A stretch of DNA of 64,000 nucleotides from Clostridiaceae bacterium (GCA_012520975.1 JAAYNF010000128.1:12380-76379); one strand, 5' to 3'. Positions 38,436-48,355 are shown, counted from the first letter of the stretch. The notes: generated by a model not told the origin, from the sequence alone. Program-made: numbers and translations.

Positions 38436-39467
38436 ATGAACCCTGATTTTTTGGTTAGTTTTCCCGGTTTGGGCATCAAAAATCTACCGATCAGCCGTCA
38501 GGCATTTTCCATTTTCGGCATGCCGATATACTGGTACGGCCTGTTGATTGCGGTCGCCCTGATTCTCTGTATGTTGCTGGCTATGCGCCACGCGTCGGCA
38601 TACCAACTCAAATCCGATGATGTCCTGGACACTTTCATCGCCGTCATTCCATTGATGATTATTTTCGCTCGTCTTTATTATGTTGTGCTGGAATGGGATT
38701 CTTTCAAAGACGACATCCTCAGCATTGTGGATACGCGACGAGGCGGACTGGCCTTTTACGGCGGCGTTATCGGCGGAGCATTGGGGATTTTGCTGGTTAC
38801 CCGCCTGAAAAAAAAGCCGATTTCCCGCTTGCTGGATTTTTTGGCGGTTTATGTGCCGCTCGGACAGGCGATCGGTCGCTGGGGCAATTTTTTCAATCAG
38901 GAGGCCTTTGGCAACAACACCACGTTGCCATGGGGCATGATCAGCAATCAGACCACAGCCTATCTGCAAAGCGTCCGCATAGCCGGTGTTGATCCGTTTA
39001 AGCCGGTTCATCCGACCTTTTTCTACGAATTTATTGCCAATTTAATTATTTTTGTGATTTTGCTCCGATTGCGTAAAACCGCCAAAACGCCTTTTGCCGT
39101 CACTTTATGGTATTTGTTGCTCTATGGTTTTGTCCGCTTCTTTGTGGAGGGGATCCGGACAGACCCGCTGATGCTCGGCACAACCGGCATTCGCGCTTCA
39201 CAGCTGTTATCGGCCTTGATGATGATCGGAGCAATTATTCTACTGCCGGTCCTCCGTCAGCGCCGTCTGAAACGCGAGTTTTCGGCGGCATTATCTGCCT
39301 CAATGGCTTTCCGTCCGGATCAGTCAGACAAGGGCGACCCCGTTTCTGATTTTATCGAAATCTCTGATTCGGATTTCCAGGATGAATCGCCGGAGCCGTC
39401 GGTATCGACCGATGATCAAGCTTCAGAATATTTACCCGAAGAACAAACCGAAGATCATGATGATTGA
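38436..39467 (+). CDS. lgt: prolipoprotein diacylglyceryl transferase with an acidic C-terminal tail
   Basis: 'YWYGLLIA', 'FYGGVIGG' and 'GRWGNFFNQEAFG'. About 80 extra C-terminal residues rich in D/E/S. Confidence 0.9.
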   Translation: MNPDFLVSFPGLGIKNLPISRQAFSIFGMPIYWYGLLIAVALILCMLLAMRHASAYQLKSDDVLDTFIAVIPLMIIFARLYYVVLEWDSFKDDILSIVDTRRGGLAFYGGVIGGALGILLVTRLKKKPISRLLDFLAVYVPLGQAIGRWGNFFNQEAFGNNTTLPWGMISNQTTAYLQSVRIAGVDPFKPVHPTFFYEFIANLIIFVILLRLRKTAKTPFAVTLWYLLLYGFVRFFVEGIRTDPLMLGTTGIRASQLLSALMMIGAIILLPVLRQRRLKREFSAALSASMAFRPDQSDKGDPVSDFIEISDSDFQDESPEPSVSTDDQASEYLPEEQTEDHDD

Positions 39468-39490
39468 TGATAGATGATAGATGATGATGT
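39453..39490 (+). repeat. GAT-rich simple tract spanning the lgt stop and the lgt-rodA spacer
   Basis: gatcatgatgattgatgatagatgatagatgatgatgt. The lgt stop TGA (39465-39467) is directly followed by in-frame TGA and TAG. Confidence 0.5.
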
Positions 39491-39493
39491 CTG

Positions 39494-40621
39494 ATGGCAA
39501 AGCCCGGTATTGAACGTCTGAAAAGGATCACCTATTTTGCCGCCATGGATTATTGGTTGCTGGTACCGGTTTTGCTGATTTCCATGATCGGCTTGTTTGT
39601 GCTCAACCGCGTTCTGTCATCCGGCTTTGATGCATATCCGATGGTTTTTTATAAACAGGCCGGAGCGGTTCTGATCGGGTTGTTAATCGCCTTGACGCTT
39701 AGTTTGGTCGAGGTGCCGACGCTAAACTTGATCGCTTGGATTATTTATGGCACAAGTCTGCTCATGCTGGTTTGGGTGTTGGTGGATAATTTTTCCATGA
39801 TCGGTGAGTGGGGTGCCGACAGCTGGCTGGAATTACCTTTGATTGGTACCTTTCAGCCGTCGGAACTTGCAAAAATCGGCCTGGCCATGACATCGGCGCA
39901 GATCTTTGAGGGCATGACCATCGGCCGTCTTAAAAAATGGCAGGGAGGCCTGAGTCTAGCGGCCTTATACGGTGTTCCGCTTCTCCTTATCCGGGAGCAA
40001 CCTGATTTGGGGACATCGATGGTTATCCTCTTCATGTTGATTTGTATGATTTTTGTTTGGGGCTTGCGCTGGCGCTTTATTCTTTTAGGCATCTCCGGTC
40101 TGGTGTTGGCCGGTGTCTTGGCTTGGTTGTTTCTCCTCAAAGATTTCCAGAAAAGCCGCATCATCACTTTCTTGTATCCCGGTCATGACCCTGCGGCATC
40201 TTATAATCTGATTCAATCCAAACGGGCGATTGCCTCCGGTGGGCTGACCGGAAACCTGCAGGGTAATTTAGTCCATGTGCCGGTCAAGGAATCCGATTTT
40301 ATTTTTACGGCGGTTTCCGAGCATATGGGATTTATCGGAACAACGGCTTTATTGATATTAATTTTCTTCTTTTTAGCCAGAAGCCTGTATGTTGCTTCAA
40401 AAATTCGGACCTGGAGACCGGCGTTGGCCTATACGATGGTCGGCATCACGGCTTTTTTGGCCTTCCATTTTATCGAGAACCTAGGCATGTGTGTCGGTTT
40501 GCTGCCGATTACGGGTATACCGTTGCCTTTTGTCAGCTTGGGCGGGACGGCTATGATTGTTAATTTTTTGGCTCTCGGCGTGATGTTATGTATCTCGATG
40601 GAGCGAAATCTGAACAAATAA
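39494..40621 (+). CDS. rodA: SEDS-family peptidoglycan polymerase (RodA-like)
   Basis: 'FQPSELAKIGLAM' and 'PFVSLGGTAMIVNF'. It lies outside and upstream of the dcw cluster, while a second SEDS gene sits inside it. No clear SD, so the start is uncertain. Confidence 0.65.
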   Translation: MAKPGIERLKRITYFAAMDYWLLVPVLLISMIGLFVLNRVLSSGFDAYPMVFYKQAGAVLIGLLIALTLSLVEVPTLNLIAWIIYGTSLLMLVWVLVDNFSMIGEWGADSWLELPLIGTFQPSELAKIGLAMTSAQIFEGMTIGRLKKWQGGLSLAALYGVPLLLIREQPDLGTSMVILFMLICMIFVWGLRWRFILLGISGLVLAGVLAWLFLLKDFQKSRIITFLYPGHDPAASYNLIQSKRAIASGGLTGNLQGNLVHVPVKESDFIFTAVSEHMGFIGTTALLILIFFFLARSLYVASKIRTWRPALAYTMVGITAFLAFHFIENLGMCVGLLPITGIPLPFVSLGGTAMIVNFLALGVMLCISMERNLNK

Positions 40622-40647
40622 ATCCCACAAGTACAACTTTGACCTCG

Positions 40648-40671
40648 ACTGCCGTGACAGGCAGTTTTTTT
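40648..40671 (+). terminator. intrinsic terminator after rodA
   Basis: ACTGCC-gtgaca-GGCAGT followed by TTTTTT. Confidence 0.75.
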
Positions 40672-40769
40672 ATTTTTCAACATGTTGTGTTTCATATTTC
40701 CGGCAACACAAGGTGTAGGGATGTTAAATATTTCATTTTAATTACAATTCGTCAACAGGCAATTAACGG

Positions 40770-40798
40770 TTGAATTTCTCAAAAAGTATGTGTAGAAT
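40770..40798 (+). promoter_or_regulatory. candidate dcw (mra) promoter
   Basis: TTGAAT (40770-40775), 17 nt, TAGAAT (40793-40798). Confidence 0.55.
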
Positions 40799-40807
40799 AG
40801 CAAATAA

Positions 40808-40887
40808 GTGGTGAAATGTAGAGCAATTATACATTGATGTGGTTAATTGTGGTGAGATTTCGCCAATGTTGTCGCCCCATGGTGGAT
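40808..40887 (+). promoter_or_regulatory. GTGG(T/A) direct repeats downstream of the promoter (candidate MraZ boxes)
   Basis: GTGGTG 40808, GTGGTT 40839, GTGGTG 40849 (10 bp after the previous one) and GTGGAT 40882. Confidence 0.4.
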
Positions 40888-40928
40888 GAAAGCCAGACCA
40901 TTACTCAAAGAGGAAAGGTGGGATCAGT

Positions 40929-41363
40929 ATGGCCAGATTTACACACATCATTGATGCCAAAGGCCGCGTCTTTGTTCCCGCCCGCTTGCGAGAGAGCATC
41001 GGGGGCTCGCTGATCGTCACACTGAGTTTGGACGATGGCTATCTTTCGGCTTACACACCGGAGAATTTTCGCGGCATACGTGACCAAATCAATCAATTGT
41101 CGGGCACGGATCCGGCGGTTCGTCGTTTTAAACGAGCCATCCTCGGTGAAGCCATGGTCTGTGAATTAGATAGCCAGGGCAGGATCTCCATCAGTGAAGA
41201 GCTCTGGTCCCACATTCAGGTTAAGCCCGGCGAGGAGATTTGCTTTATCGATATGTTCGATAAACTCGAAATCTGCTCCAAGGCTTTCTATCAGCAGCAA
41301 AAGGAGGAACAGGGATCCTTGTCCGAGGTTGACCTGTCGCGGTTTGATGTCAAGGGAATTTAG
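40929..41363 (+). CDS. mraZ: transcriptional regulator MraZ
   Basis: Two SpoVT/AbrB-like halves: 'DAKGRVFVPARLRE' and 'DSQGRISISEELW'. 144 aa. First gene of the dcw cluster. Confidence 0.9.
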   Translation: MARFTHIIDAKGRVFVPARLRESIGGSLIVTLSLDDGYLSAYTPENFRGIRDQINQLSGTDPAVRRFKRAILGEAMVCELDSQGRISISEELWSHIQVKPGEEICFIDMFDKLEICSKAFYQQQKEEQGSLSEVDLSRFDVKGI

Positions 41364-42312
41364 CTTCTCGCATCAACCGGTTCTCGTGCAGCCGGTTCTG
41401 GATTTGATGAACATCCTCGCGGATGGTCTTTATGTTGATTGTACATTGGGCGGGGGCGGGCATGCCGCCGAACTGCTCTCGCGCTTGAGCAACCGTGGTC
41501 GTCTGATCGCGATCGACCGCGACGAGGATGCCATGCGAGCCGGCAGCAAGCGCTTGGCTTCGGTCGAAAGTCCGGCCGCGTGGCAGGTCGTACATGGTAA
41601 TTTTGCCGATCTTGCCCAGATTATGACTCAATTGGGAATCGACGGCGCGGATGGAATACTGGCTGATTTTGGTGTTTCGTCTTGGCAATTTGATCAGGCC
41701 GGTCGGGGTTTTGGTTATCGGCAGGAAGGGCCTCTGGATATGCGAATGGACCGTGACAGCGGTCAGACCGCAGCGGATGTGGTCAATACATACGGAGAAA
41801 AAGAATTGACCCGGATTTTCCGCCAATACGGTGAAGAGCGGCACGCCGAGCAAATAGCTCGTGCCATTGTAAACCGACGCGATGACGCCCCTTTTGCCAC
41901 GACAACCGATCTGGCGGAAGTCGTCCGGCGGGCGATGCCTTCCAAGAGCCGTCAAGAAGATCAGCACCCGGCCAGAAGGGTTTTTCAGGCGATCCGCATT
42001 GAGGTTAATCAAGAACTTGATGCCATCGAGCAGCTGCTGGCGGTCGCGCCCCGGTGGCTTCGGCCCGGAGGTCGACTGTGCATCATTACCTTTCATTCCC
42101 TTGAAGACCGGTTGGTCAAAGAGGCTTTCCGAAAATTGGAAAAACCCTGTACCTGCCCCCGGAATTTTCCGGTCTGCGTTTGCGGTCAAGTCGCGCAGGG
42201 GCAGGTCATAACCCGGAAAGCCATCACCGCGGACGAAAACGAACGTCAGGAGAATCCTCGTTCCCGCAGTGCCAAATTACGTTGTTTTGAAAAAAACAGG
42301 CTGACAGCCTGA
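41347..42312 (+). CDS. rsmH: 16S rRNA (cytosine1402-N4)-methyltransferase
   Basis: 'HQPVLVQPVLDLM', 'DCTLGGGGHA' and 'DFGVSSWQFD'. 321 aa from ATG 41347. The track start 41194 lies inside mraZ and was rejected. Confidence 0.9.
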   Translation: MSREFSFSHQPVLVQPVLDLMNILADGLYVDCTLGGGGHAAELLSRLSNRGRLIAIDRDEDAMRAGSKRLASVESPAAWQVVHGNFADLAQIMTQLGIDGADGILADFGVSSWQFDQAGRGFGYRQEGPLDMRMDRDSGQTAADVVNTYGEKELTRIFRQYGEERHAEQIARAIVNRRDDAPFATTTDLAEVVRRAMPSKSRQEDQHPARRVFQAIRIEVNQELDAIEQLLAVAPRWLRPGGRLCIITFHSLEDRLVKEAFRKLEKPCTCPRNFPVCVCGQVAQGQVITRKAITADENERQENPRSRSAKLRCFEKNRLTA

Positions 42313-42341
42313 TCGATATAGACGAGGGGAGGGAGCCCACA

Positions 42342-42938
42342 ATGACAAAAACATCCGGCAATCTGGCCCTAAATACCGGCGCGACCATGAAAACCTTCGA
42401 TGTTCGGCGGTCGGCAGGACCGGTCAAAAGAAAAAAACCGGTGCTCAAGCCCAAGCGGGTTTCTGTTTCAGCAACTCCGAGGCGTGAGGTTGTTCAACAG
42501 GCTCAGGTCAAAGCCATTCGACAGCAATTGGCTTTTCAACGTCTACGTATGTTGTTGGGCGCCATCCTGACCATATTTGTCATCGCCGGTGCCTTTGCCT
42601 TTGTCGTGTATCGTCAGGCCACCATTCTGGAAATGAATTTTAAAAATCTGGCCATTGAGCGTCAAATTTCCCGTCTGGATCAGGAGCGCGGCCAAATTAG
42701 CGAAGAGTTGGCCCAAAAAACCAATCTGGATTTGATCCGGCAACAGGCTATGGATAAGTTGGGTTTACAGGATCCGGCCGGAAGCCAACTGGTTCAGGTT
42801 GTCATTCCACAGTCCGATCGGATTATTTTTGCTCAGCCTTCTGCGGGCACCTCTGAAAATGAAGCTTTTCTGGCCAGCGTTTATCGCACCGTGGAAGGTT
42901 ATTTTAAGAGTTTGAATCAGCAAGGGAAGGTCAAGTGA
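42342..42938 (+). CDS. ftsL: cell division protein FtsL-like (single TM plus coiled coil)
   Basis: Basic N-terminus, TM 'LLGAILTIFVIAGAFAFVVY', then a heptad-like 'LAIERQISRLDQERGQISEEL'. Conserved position between rsmH and the PBP gene. Confidence 0.65.
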   Translation: MTKTSGNLALNTGATMKTFDVRRSAGPVKRKKPVLKPKRVSVSATPRREVVQQAQVKAIRQQLAFQRLRMLLGAILTIFVIAGAFAFVVYRQATILEMNFKNLAIERQISRLDQERGQISEELAQKTNLDLIRQQAMDKLGLQDPAGSQLVQVVIPQSDRIIFAQPSAGTSENEAFLASVYRTVEGYFKSLNQQGKVK

Positions 42939-42939
42939 T

Positions 42940-45369
42940 TTGAGCCGGGGGAACAGACGCAGTCTTGAAACCGATCGGCGGTTTCTGCGTGAAAAACAGC
43001 GCCAGCAGCGTCAGCGTGCCAAGAGAGCATCCACGAATCGTTTGCAACAATCCGTTCGTCAAGTTCAGATCAAGGAACCTCGCAGCAACATGAGACGACC
43101 GGGACGAAGCCGACGAGTAGGATTTGCTCTTTTGTTTATTTTTGTGCTTCTTTTTGCCGGTCTCCTGGTTTATCGGCTGTACAACATTCAAATTGTCGAA
43201 CATGCGACTTTTGCCGAAACCGCCGCCGGTCAACACTACAAGAAAGTTGCCGAAAATCCCAAACGGGGTCGCATTCTTGATCGCAACGGCCTGGAGCTTG
43301 CCGGAACGACCTATGTATACCGGATCGGTGTGACCCCCAAGGATGTTTATTCAATTACCAAGAATATCTCTCGTCAGGAAATCGCGGACAATATAGCGGC
43401 TTGCCTTAATCTGGACAGTCATGATGTATTGATCGAATTAGAAAAAACCGAAAGCACTTATATTCAACTTAAAAAGGATGTTCCCCGGGCTGAAGCCGAG
43501 GCGCTGCTGACATACAAAAGAAATGCCGACATCGGAGGAATCCGGATCGACGCGGAGCCGCACCGCTATTACACCAACGGCAGCTTGGCCAGTCAGGTGA
43601 TCGGATATACAAATTATGACAACGGAAATCTTATTGGCCAACTTGGCATCGAGCTCCAGTATAATGCGCTGTTGACCGGCGAACCCGGCTACACATATGT
43701 TGAAACGGATAATTATCTCGGCAGGGGAGAGCTGCCTTTTTCCGTGCCCACCAGTCTGCGTGCCAAAGATGGCCAAAACATCATTTTGCATCTCGATGTT
43801 AACATTCAAAAAATTGCCCAGGAGATTCTGGCTAAGGCGGTTAAGCTTTACGATGTAACCCAAGGCGGTTCCATTCTGGTTATGAACCCACACACGGGCG
43901 CTGTTTTAGCCATGGCTTCGTATCCATATTTTTCCAGCTCAGAACCGACGGCGCGCCCGGATTTTATTTTGGCGGATGAATGGGAAGCCATGTCGGATGA
44001 AAGAATTGACTTTCTGTCCTCGGAGGTCTGGCGCAACAAAGCCATTTCCAATACTTATGAGCCCGGTTCGACCATGAAGGCGATTACAGCGTCGATTGCG
44101 CTGGAAGAGGCGCTGACCAACGAGTCGGAGATTATGAATGATGCGCCGTTGCGTGTTTTGGATTGGAAGATCGAGTGCTGGTACAAGCCCTCGCATGGTT
44201 TGGAGAGTTTACAGCAGGCCTTCTGGAATTCATGCAATCCGGTTTTTGCGCAACTTGCGCAAAGGATCGGGGTCACCAGATTTTATGACTATATCCGCGC
44301 CTACGGTCTGTCCGTCCCAACCGGGATCGATCTGCCGGCCGAAAGCGCCGGTATTCTGCACGCCAAGCCCACGGAACTGGACATGGTTACCTTATCATAC
44401 GGCGAATCTTCAACGGTGACTCCTTTGCAGATCGCCACGGCTTATTGTGCACTGGCTAACGGTGGTCGATTGGTCAGGCCCATGCTGGCCAAAGCTGTCA
44501 CGGATCATAACGGTTCCATTGTTAAGGAGTTTCAACCGGAAACCATCCGCAAGGTTATTTCGGAAACAACTTCGACACGGATCATGGAATTGCTCAAGGG
44601 TGTCGTGCTTTACGGAACCGGAACTCCGGCTTATGTTGAAGGCTATACCGTTGCCGGCAAGACCAGCACATCGACCGACGAGCAGGGTTATTATACACTC
44701 TCCTTTGCCGGTATCGCCCCGGCGGACAATCCTGAAATTGTGGTCTTGGTTGTTTTGGAAAAACCTTCCGACAAGGATGTTTCTTCCCGAATTGCTTCCA
44801 CGGCCTGCGGAGAAACCATCTCTCGCACTTTGGAATACATGGCTGTGCCAAGGGTTTACAGCGATCGCGATGTTTCGCGCCTGACTCAGCTGCATGATGT
44901 TCCCGAGGTTGTTGGCAAAAAATACAGTGTGGCCATGAAGGAGCTCACGACGCGGGGTTTCCGAGTGGAGGCCGGTGATTCGGCCATGGGCAATAACACG
45001 GCGGTTGGTTATCAATGGCCGGCGGCAGGCACGCAATTACATAAATCCGGCTTGATCATTCTTTATCCGGAACCAGAGCCGGATGAAAAAATGGTTGTCA
45101 TTCCGGACTTTAAAGGTAAAAATGTTAATGAATGTATGAGATCAGCTGCCGAAAGCGGTCTGAACATTCTGATTCATGGCGACAGTTTGGGCATTGCCGC
45201 CGATCAGGATCCGGCTCCTACTTTTAGTCGGATACCGATCATCAAGGATGACCTGCCCATTGACCCTGAGGAGCCGATCGGCCCGCTCCGACTGAAGCGG
45301 GGCAGCATTGTGACCATCCGGTTCGAAACGTTCGAGGAAACGGTTGTCCAACCGGATGAGGAAAATTAG
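42940..45369 (+). CDS. class B penicillin-binding protein (FtsI/SpoVD/PBP2B-like) with two C-terminal PASTA domains
   Basis: SxxK 'STMK', SxN 'SCN', and a third motif reading 'KTS' instead of KTG. Two PASTA-like repeats near the C-terminus. TTG start. Confidence 0.9.
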   Translation: MSRGNRRSLETDRRFLREKQRQQRQRAKRASTNRLQQSVRQVQIKEPRSNMRRPGRSRRVGFALLFIFVLLFAGLLVYRLYNIQIVEHATFAETAAGQHYKKVAENPKRGRILDRNGLELAGTTYVYRIGVTPKDVYSITKNISRQEIADNIAACLNLDSHDVLIELEKTESTYIQLKKDVPRAEAEALLTYKRNADIGGIRIDAEPHRYYTNGSLASQVIGYTNYDNGNLIGQLGIELQYNALLTGEPGYTYVETDNYLGRGELPFSVPTSLRAKDGQNIILHLDVNIQKIAQEILAKAVKLYDVTQGGSILVMNPHTGAVLAMASYPYFSSSEPTARPDFILADEWEAMSDERIDFLSSEVWRNKAISNTYEPGSTMKAITASIALEEALTNESEIMNDAPLRVLDWKIECWYKPSHGLESLQQAFWNSCNPVFAQLAQRIGVTRFYDYIRAYGLSVPTGIDLPAESAGILHAKPTELDMVTLSYGESSTVTPLQIATAYCALANGGRLVRPMLAKAVTDHNGSIVKEFQPETIRKVISETTSTRIMELLKGVVLYGTGTPAYVEGYTVAGKTSTSTDEQGYYTLSFAGIAPADNPEIVVLVVLEKPSDKDVSSRIASTACGETISRTLEYMAVPRVYSDRDVSRLTQLHDVPEVVGKKYSVAMKELTTRGFRVEAGDSAMGNNTAVGYQWPAAGTQLHKSGLIILYPEPEPDEKMVVIPDFKGKNVNECMRSAAESGLNILIHGDSLGIAADQDPAPTFSRIPIIKDDLPIDPEEPIGPLRLKRGSIVTIRFETFEETVVQPDEEN

Positions 45370-45405
45370 ATTGTAAACGCGGTTTAACCGGGGAGCGTGT
45401 GATTA

Positions 45406-46887
45406 ATGCAGGTGCAGGAGTTGCTAAAAGGATTGGAAATATTGGAGGCGCACGGCGACCCATCCGTCGAAATCGACTCCATTGTTTACGATTCGCGCAA
45501 AGCTCGCCGAGGTTCTTTGTTTGTCTGTATCGAAGGTTATGTGACGGATGGACATCGTTACATCAATCAGGCATTGGAGCAGGATGCCTCGGCCATTCTT
45601 GTGCAAAAACCGGTCGGCGATCTTGATGTGCCTTGGTTTCGGATTGCCGATACAAGGCGGGGACTGGCCCATGTGTCGGACTTGTTTTTTAATCATCCCT
45701 CGGGTCGTCTGTCTTTGGTCGGCATCACGGGAACCAAAGGCAAAACTACGGCAACATACATGACCAAGGCAATCTTCGATGCGGATAGCCGCCGGACCGG
45801 ACTAATCGGCACGGTGGCCAATATTATCGGAGATGAAGTGACCTTTGCTTCCCGGACGACCCCGGAATCCTATGATTTGCAGGCGCTGCTTGATGAAATG
45901 TGCGACCGGGGACTGAAGCATTGTGTCATGGAAGTTTCCTCCCAGGGCTTGATGCTGGAGCGCGTTTACGGTTGCCGTTTTACTTCCGGCATTTTTACCA
46001 ATCTTTTTCATGACCATATCGGGCCGACAGAACACGCGACGATGGAGGATTATCTCGCGGCAAAACTTCGATTGTTTGCGCAATGTCAATATGCCATGAT
46101 CAATTGTGACATCGATTGTTTTTCACAGGTTCGCGAGGCGATTAGCGGCCCCTGTCTTACTTATGGTCTAACCGACCAAGCCGACGTACGGGCGAAAAAC
46201 ATCACGAAAACCACACGCAATCATCGGAGCGGCACATCTTTCGATCTGCAAAGTCCTTGGTACAGAGGTGAGGTCTTTGTCGGCATGCCGGGCCTGTTCA
46301 ACGTCTATAATGCTTTGGCAGCCATTGCCGCTGCGGGTCTGGAGGGAATCGGACTGGAAGCTGTGCGCAGCAGCCTTTCCACGATAGCCGTGCCCGGCCG
46401 CGTTCAGCCCATTCCAACCGGTCGTCCTTTTCAGGTCATTGTCGATTACGCACACAATGCCGTCAGCTTGGAAAATTTGCTCAGTACATTGCGTGAGTAC
46501 ACCACCGGCCGCCTGATTGTTTTGTTTGGCAATGGCGGCGATCGTGCTCGTTCGCGACGATTTGAAATGGGCGAGGTTGCCGGCCGCTTGGCGGATTTGG
46601 CGGTCATTACCTCTGATAACCCGCGCACGGAGGATCCCTTGGCGATCATTGATGACATCCTGATCGGCCTTACGCCAACCGGCGGTCAGCATGTGGTCAT
46701 TCCCGATCGCCGGGCGGCCATCTTTTGGTCGGTCGGCGCGGCACAGCCCGGCGATATGATCATCATTGCCGGAAAAGGACATGAGAACTACCAGATATTT
46801 AAAGACCGAACCATTCATTTTGATGATGCCGAGACAGCTGCCGAGGCAATCGCAGCACTGGAGCCGGAAAAAAATGGCCAAGTATAG
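45406..46887 (+). CDS. murE: UDP-MurNAc-L-Ala-D-Glu:meso-DAP ligase
   Basis: 'GITGTKGKTT' P-loop. The 'SDNPRTEDP' DNPR motif indicates the meso-DAP-adding type. Confidence 0.9.
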   Translation: MQVQELLKGLEILEAHGDPSVEIDSIVYDSRKARRGSLFVCIEGYVTDGHRYINQALEQDASAILVQKPVGDLDVPWFRIADTRRGLAHVSDLFFNHPSGRLSLVGITGTKGKTTATYMTKAIFDADSRRTGLIGTVANIIGDEVTFASRTTPESYDLQALLDEMCDRGLKHCVMEVSSQGLMLERVYGCRFTSGIFTNLFHDHIGPTEHATMEDYLAAKLRLFAQCQYAMINCDIDCFSQVREAISGPCLTYGLTDQADVRAKNITKTTRNHRSGTSFDLQSPWYRGEVFVGMPGLFNVYNALAAIAAAGLEGIGLEAVRSSLSTIAVPGRVQPIPTGRPFQVIVDYAHNAVSLENLLSTLREYTTGRLIVLFGNGGDRARSRRFEMGEVAGRLADLAVITSDNPRTEDPLAIIDDILIGLTPTGGQHVVIPDRRAAIFWSVGAAQPGDMIIIAGKGHENYQIFKDRTIHFDDAETAAEAIAALEPEKNGQV

Positions 46888-48355
46888 TTTAAGTGAAATC
46901 ATTCAATGGACCGGCGGTGTTTTAACCGATGAGACAACGATGAATGCCGATCCGGATTTTGCCGGCGTCTGTACGGACACACGGGAACTTGTTCCGGGCA
47001 GCCTCTTTATTGCTTTGCGCGGTCCCAATTTTGACGGGCATGATTTTCTTGGCAAGGCCATCCTTGAAGGAGCCGCCGGCTTGGTTGCGGCAAAGGGAAG
47101 CGACCTTGATCTTCCAGAGATGTCAATATTCACAGGGCCGGTGGTCTTGGTCGAGGATACATTACTGGCTTTGCAGGCCGCTGCCGCCGGCTATCGACAG
47201 ACCCTGTCCGGACGCGTCTTGGCGATCACCGGCAGCGTAGGCAAGACATCCACCCGTCAGATGGTGGCGGCCTGTCTGGGTGGCACCATGCCGGTTCATC
47301 TGACCAGTGGAAATCTGAACAACGAGATCGGTCTGCCTCTCACCCTGCTCCAAGCAGAACCAAGCCATCGGGCGATTATTCTTGAGATGGGTATGCGGGC
47401 ACTGGGGGAGATTCGCTTGCTCAGTCAGCTGGCTCGACCCGATGTGGCCATGATCACCAATGTCGGCTTTTCGCACATCGGCCGGTTGGGCAGCCGGGAA
47501 GCCATTTTAGCCGCCAAGACCGAGATTATAGATGGTTTGCGGCCGGGCGGGCTGTTGATTTTGAATGCCGATGATCCGCTGCTCCATAATTGGGGTTTGC
47601 ATCAACCAGGGAGTTTTCGCTTGGTCTGGGTTTCCACCGACCTAGATCTTGCCCGGCGCATGTCCACCGACGCGGCTTTCACGGTTGGCGCGACGGATGT
47701 TCGTGCCACCGCCAGAGGTGTCGACTTTTCCGTTGGTATTTTTCAAGCCGGCCAAGCATATTGCCAAACCCGCGTGCACTTGCCCTTTCCGGGTCATCAC
47801 CATGTGCTTAACATGCTTTTTGGTTTGGCCTGCGCTTGGGATATGGACATCCCGCCGGAAATTGCCGCGGCCGACGCGACGGCCTATGAGCAAACCGGAA
47901 ATCGTCAGCGTTTGATCGAAGCCAACGGCGTTCTGATCATGGATGACTCATACAACGCCAGCCCCGAATCCATGCAGGCGGCCTTGCGAACCTTGGCCGA
48001 GATGGCCGAGGGGCGACGGATGATCGCGGCCTTGGGCGGTATGCTGGAACTAGGGGAATTTTCGGCGCCGGCCCATCGTGAATTGGGAAGACAGGCCGCA
48101 CACTTGGGCTTTTCCGCCCTCTATCTGACCGGACCGTATGCGTCGGATGTTGTGGCCGGAAGCCGCGAACTTAAGCCGGACATGACCTGCGCGATCTTTC
48201 CGGATACAATGAATCTGGCCAAGGCAATATCCGATGGGATACGTTCCGGTGATTGCGTTCTGGTCAAAGGGTCGCGTGGCTTTACCATGGAGCAGGTCAC
48301 CGCAAAAATACTTGAGGATTTGGAAAAACGGAGAACCACCAACCATGATATCTGA
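46874..48355 (+). CDS. murF: UDP-MurNAc-tripeptide:D-Ala-D-Ala ligase
   Basis: 'ITGSVGKTSTR' and 'DDSYNASPESM'. ATG 46874 overlaps the murE end by 14 nt. Confidence 0.9.
   Translation: MAKYSLSEIIQWTGGVLTDETTMNADPDFAGVCTDTRELVPGSLFIALRGPNFDGHDFLGKAILEGAAGLVAAKGSDLDLPEMSIFTGPVVLVEDTLLALQAAAAGYRQTLSGRVLAITGSVGKTSTRQMVAACLGGTMPVHLTSGNLNNEIGLPLTLLQAEPSHRAIILEMGMRALGEIRLLSQLARPDVAMITNVGFSHIGRLGSREAILAAKTEIIDGLRPGGLLILNADDPLLHNWGLHQPGSFRLVWVSTDLDLARRMSTDAAFTVGATDVRATARGVDFSVGIFQAGQAYCQTRVHLPFPGHHHVLNMLFGLACAWDMDIPPEIAAADATAYEQTGNRQRLIEANGVLIMDDSYNASPESMQAALRTLAEMAEGRRMIAALGGMLELGEFSAPAHRELGRQAAHLGFSALYLTGPYASDVVAGSRELKPDMTCAIFPDTMNLAKAISDGIRSGDCVLVKGSRGFTMEQVTAKILEDLEKRRTTNHDI

Noticed and set aside
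40789-40798. Extended -10 (TGn) for the mraZ promoter.
   Set aside because: The TG dinucleotides are at 40789-40790 and 40791-40792, neither in the required register (TG-n-TAGAAT). Only the basic -35/-10 is reported.
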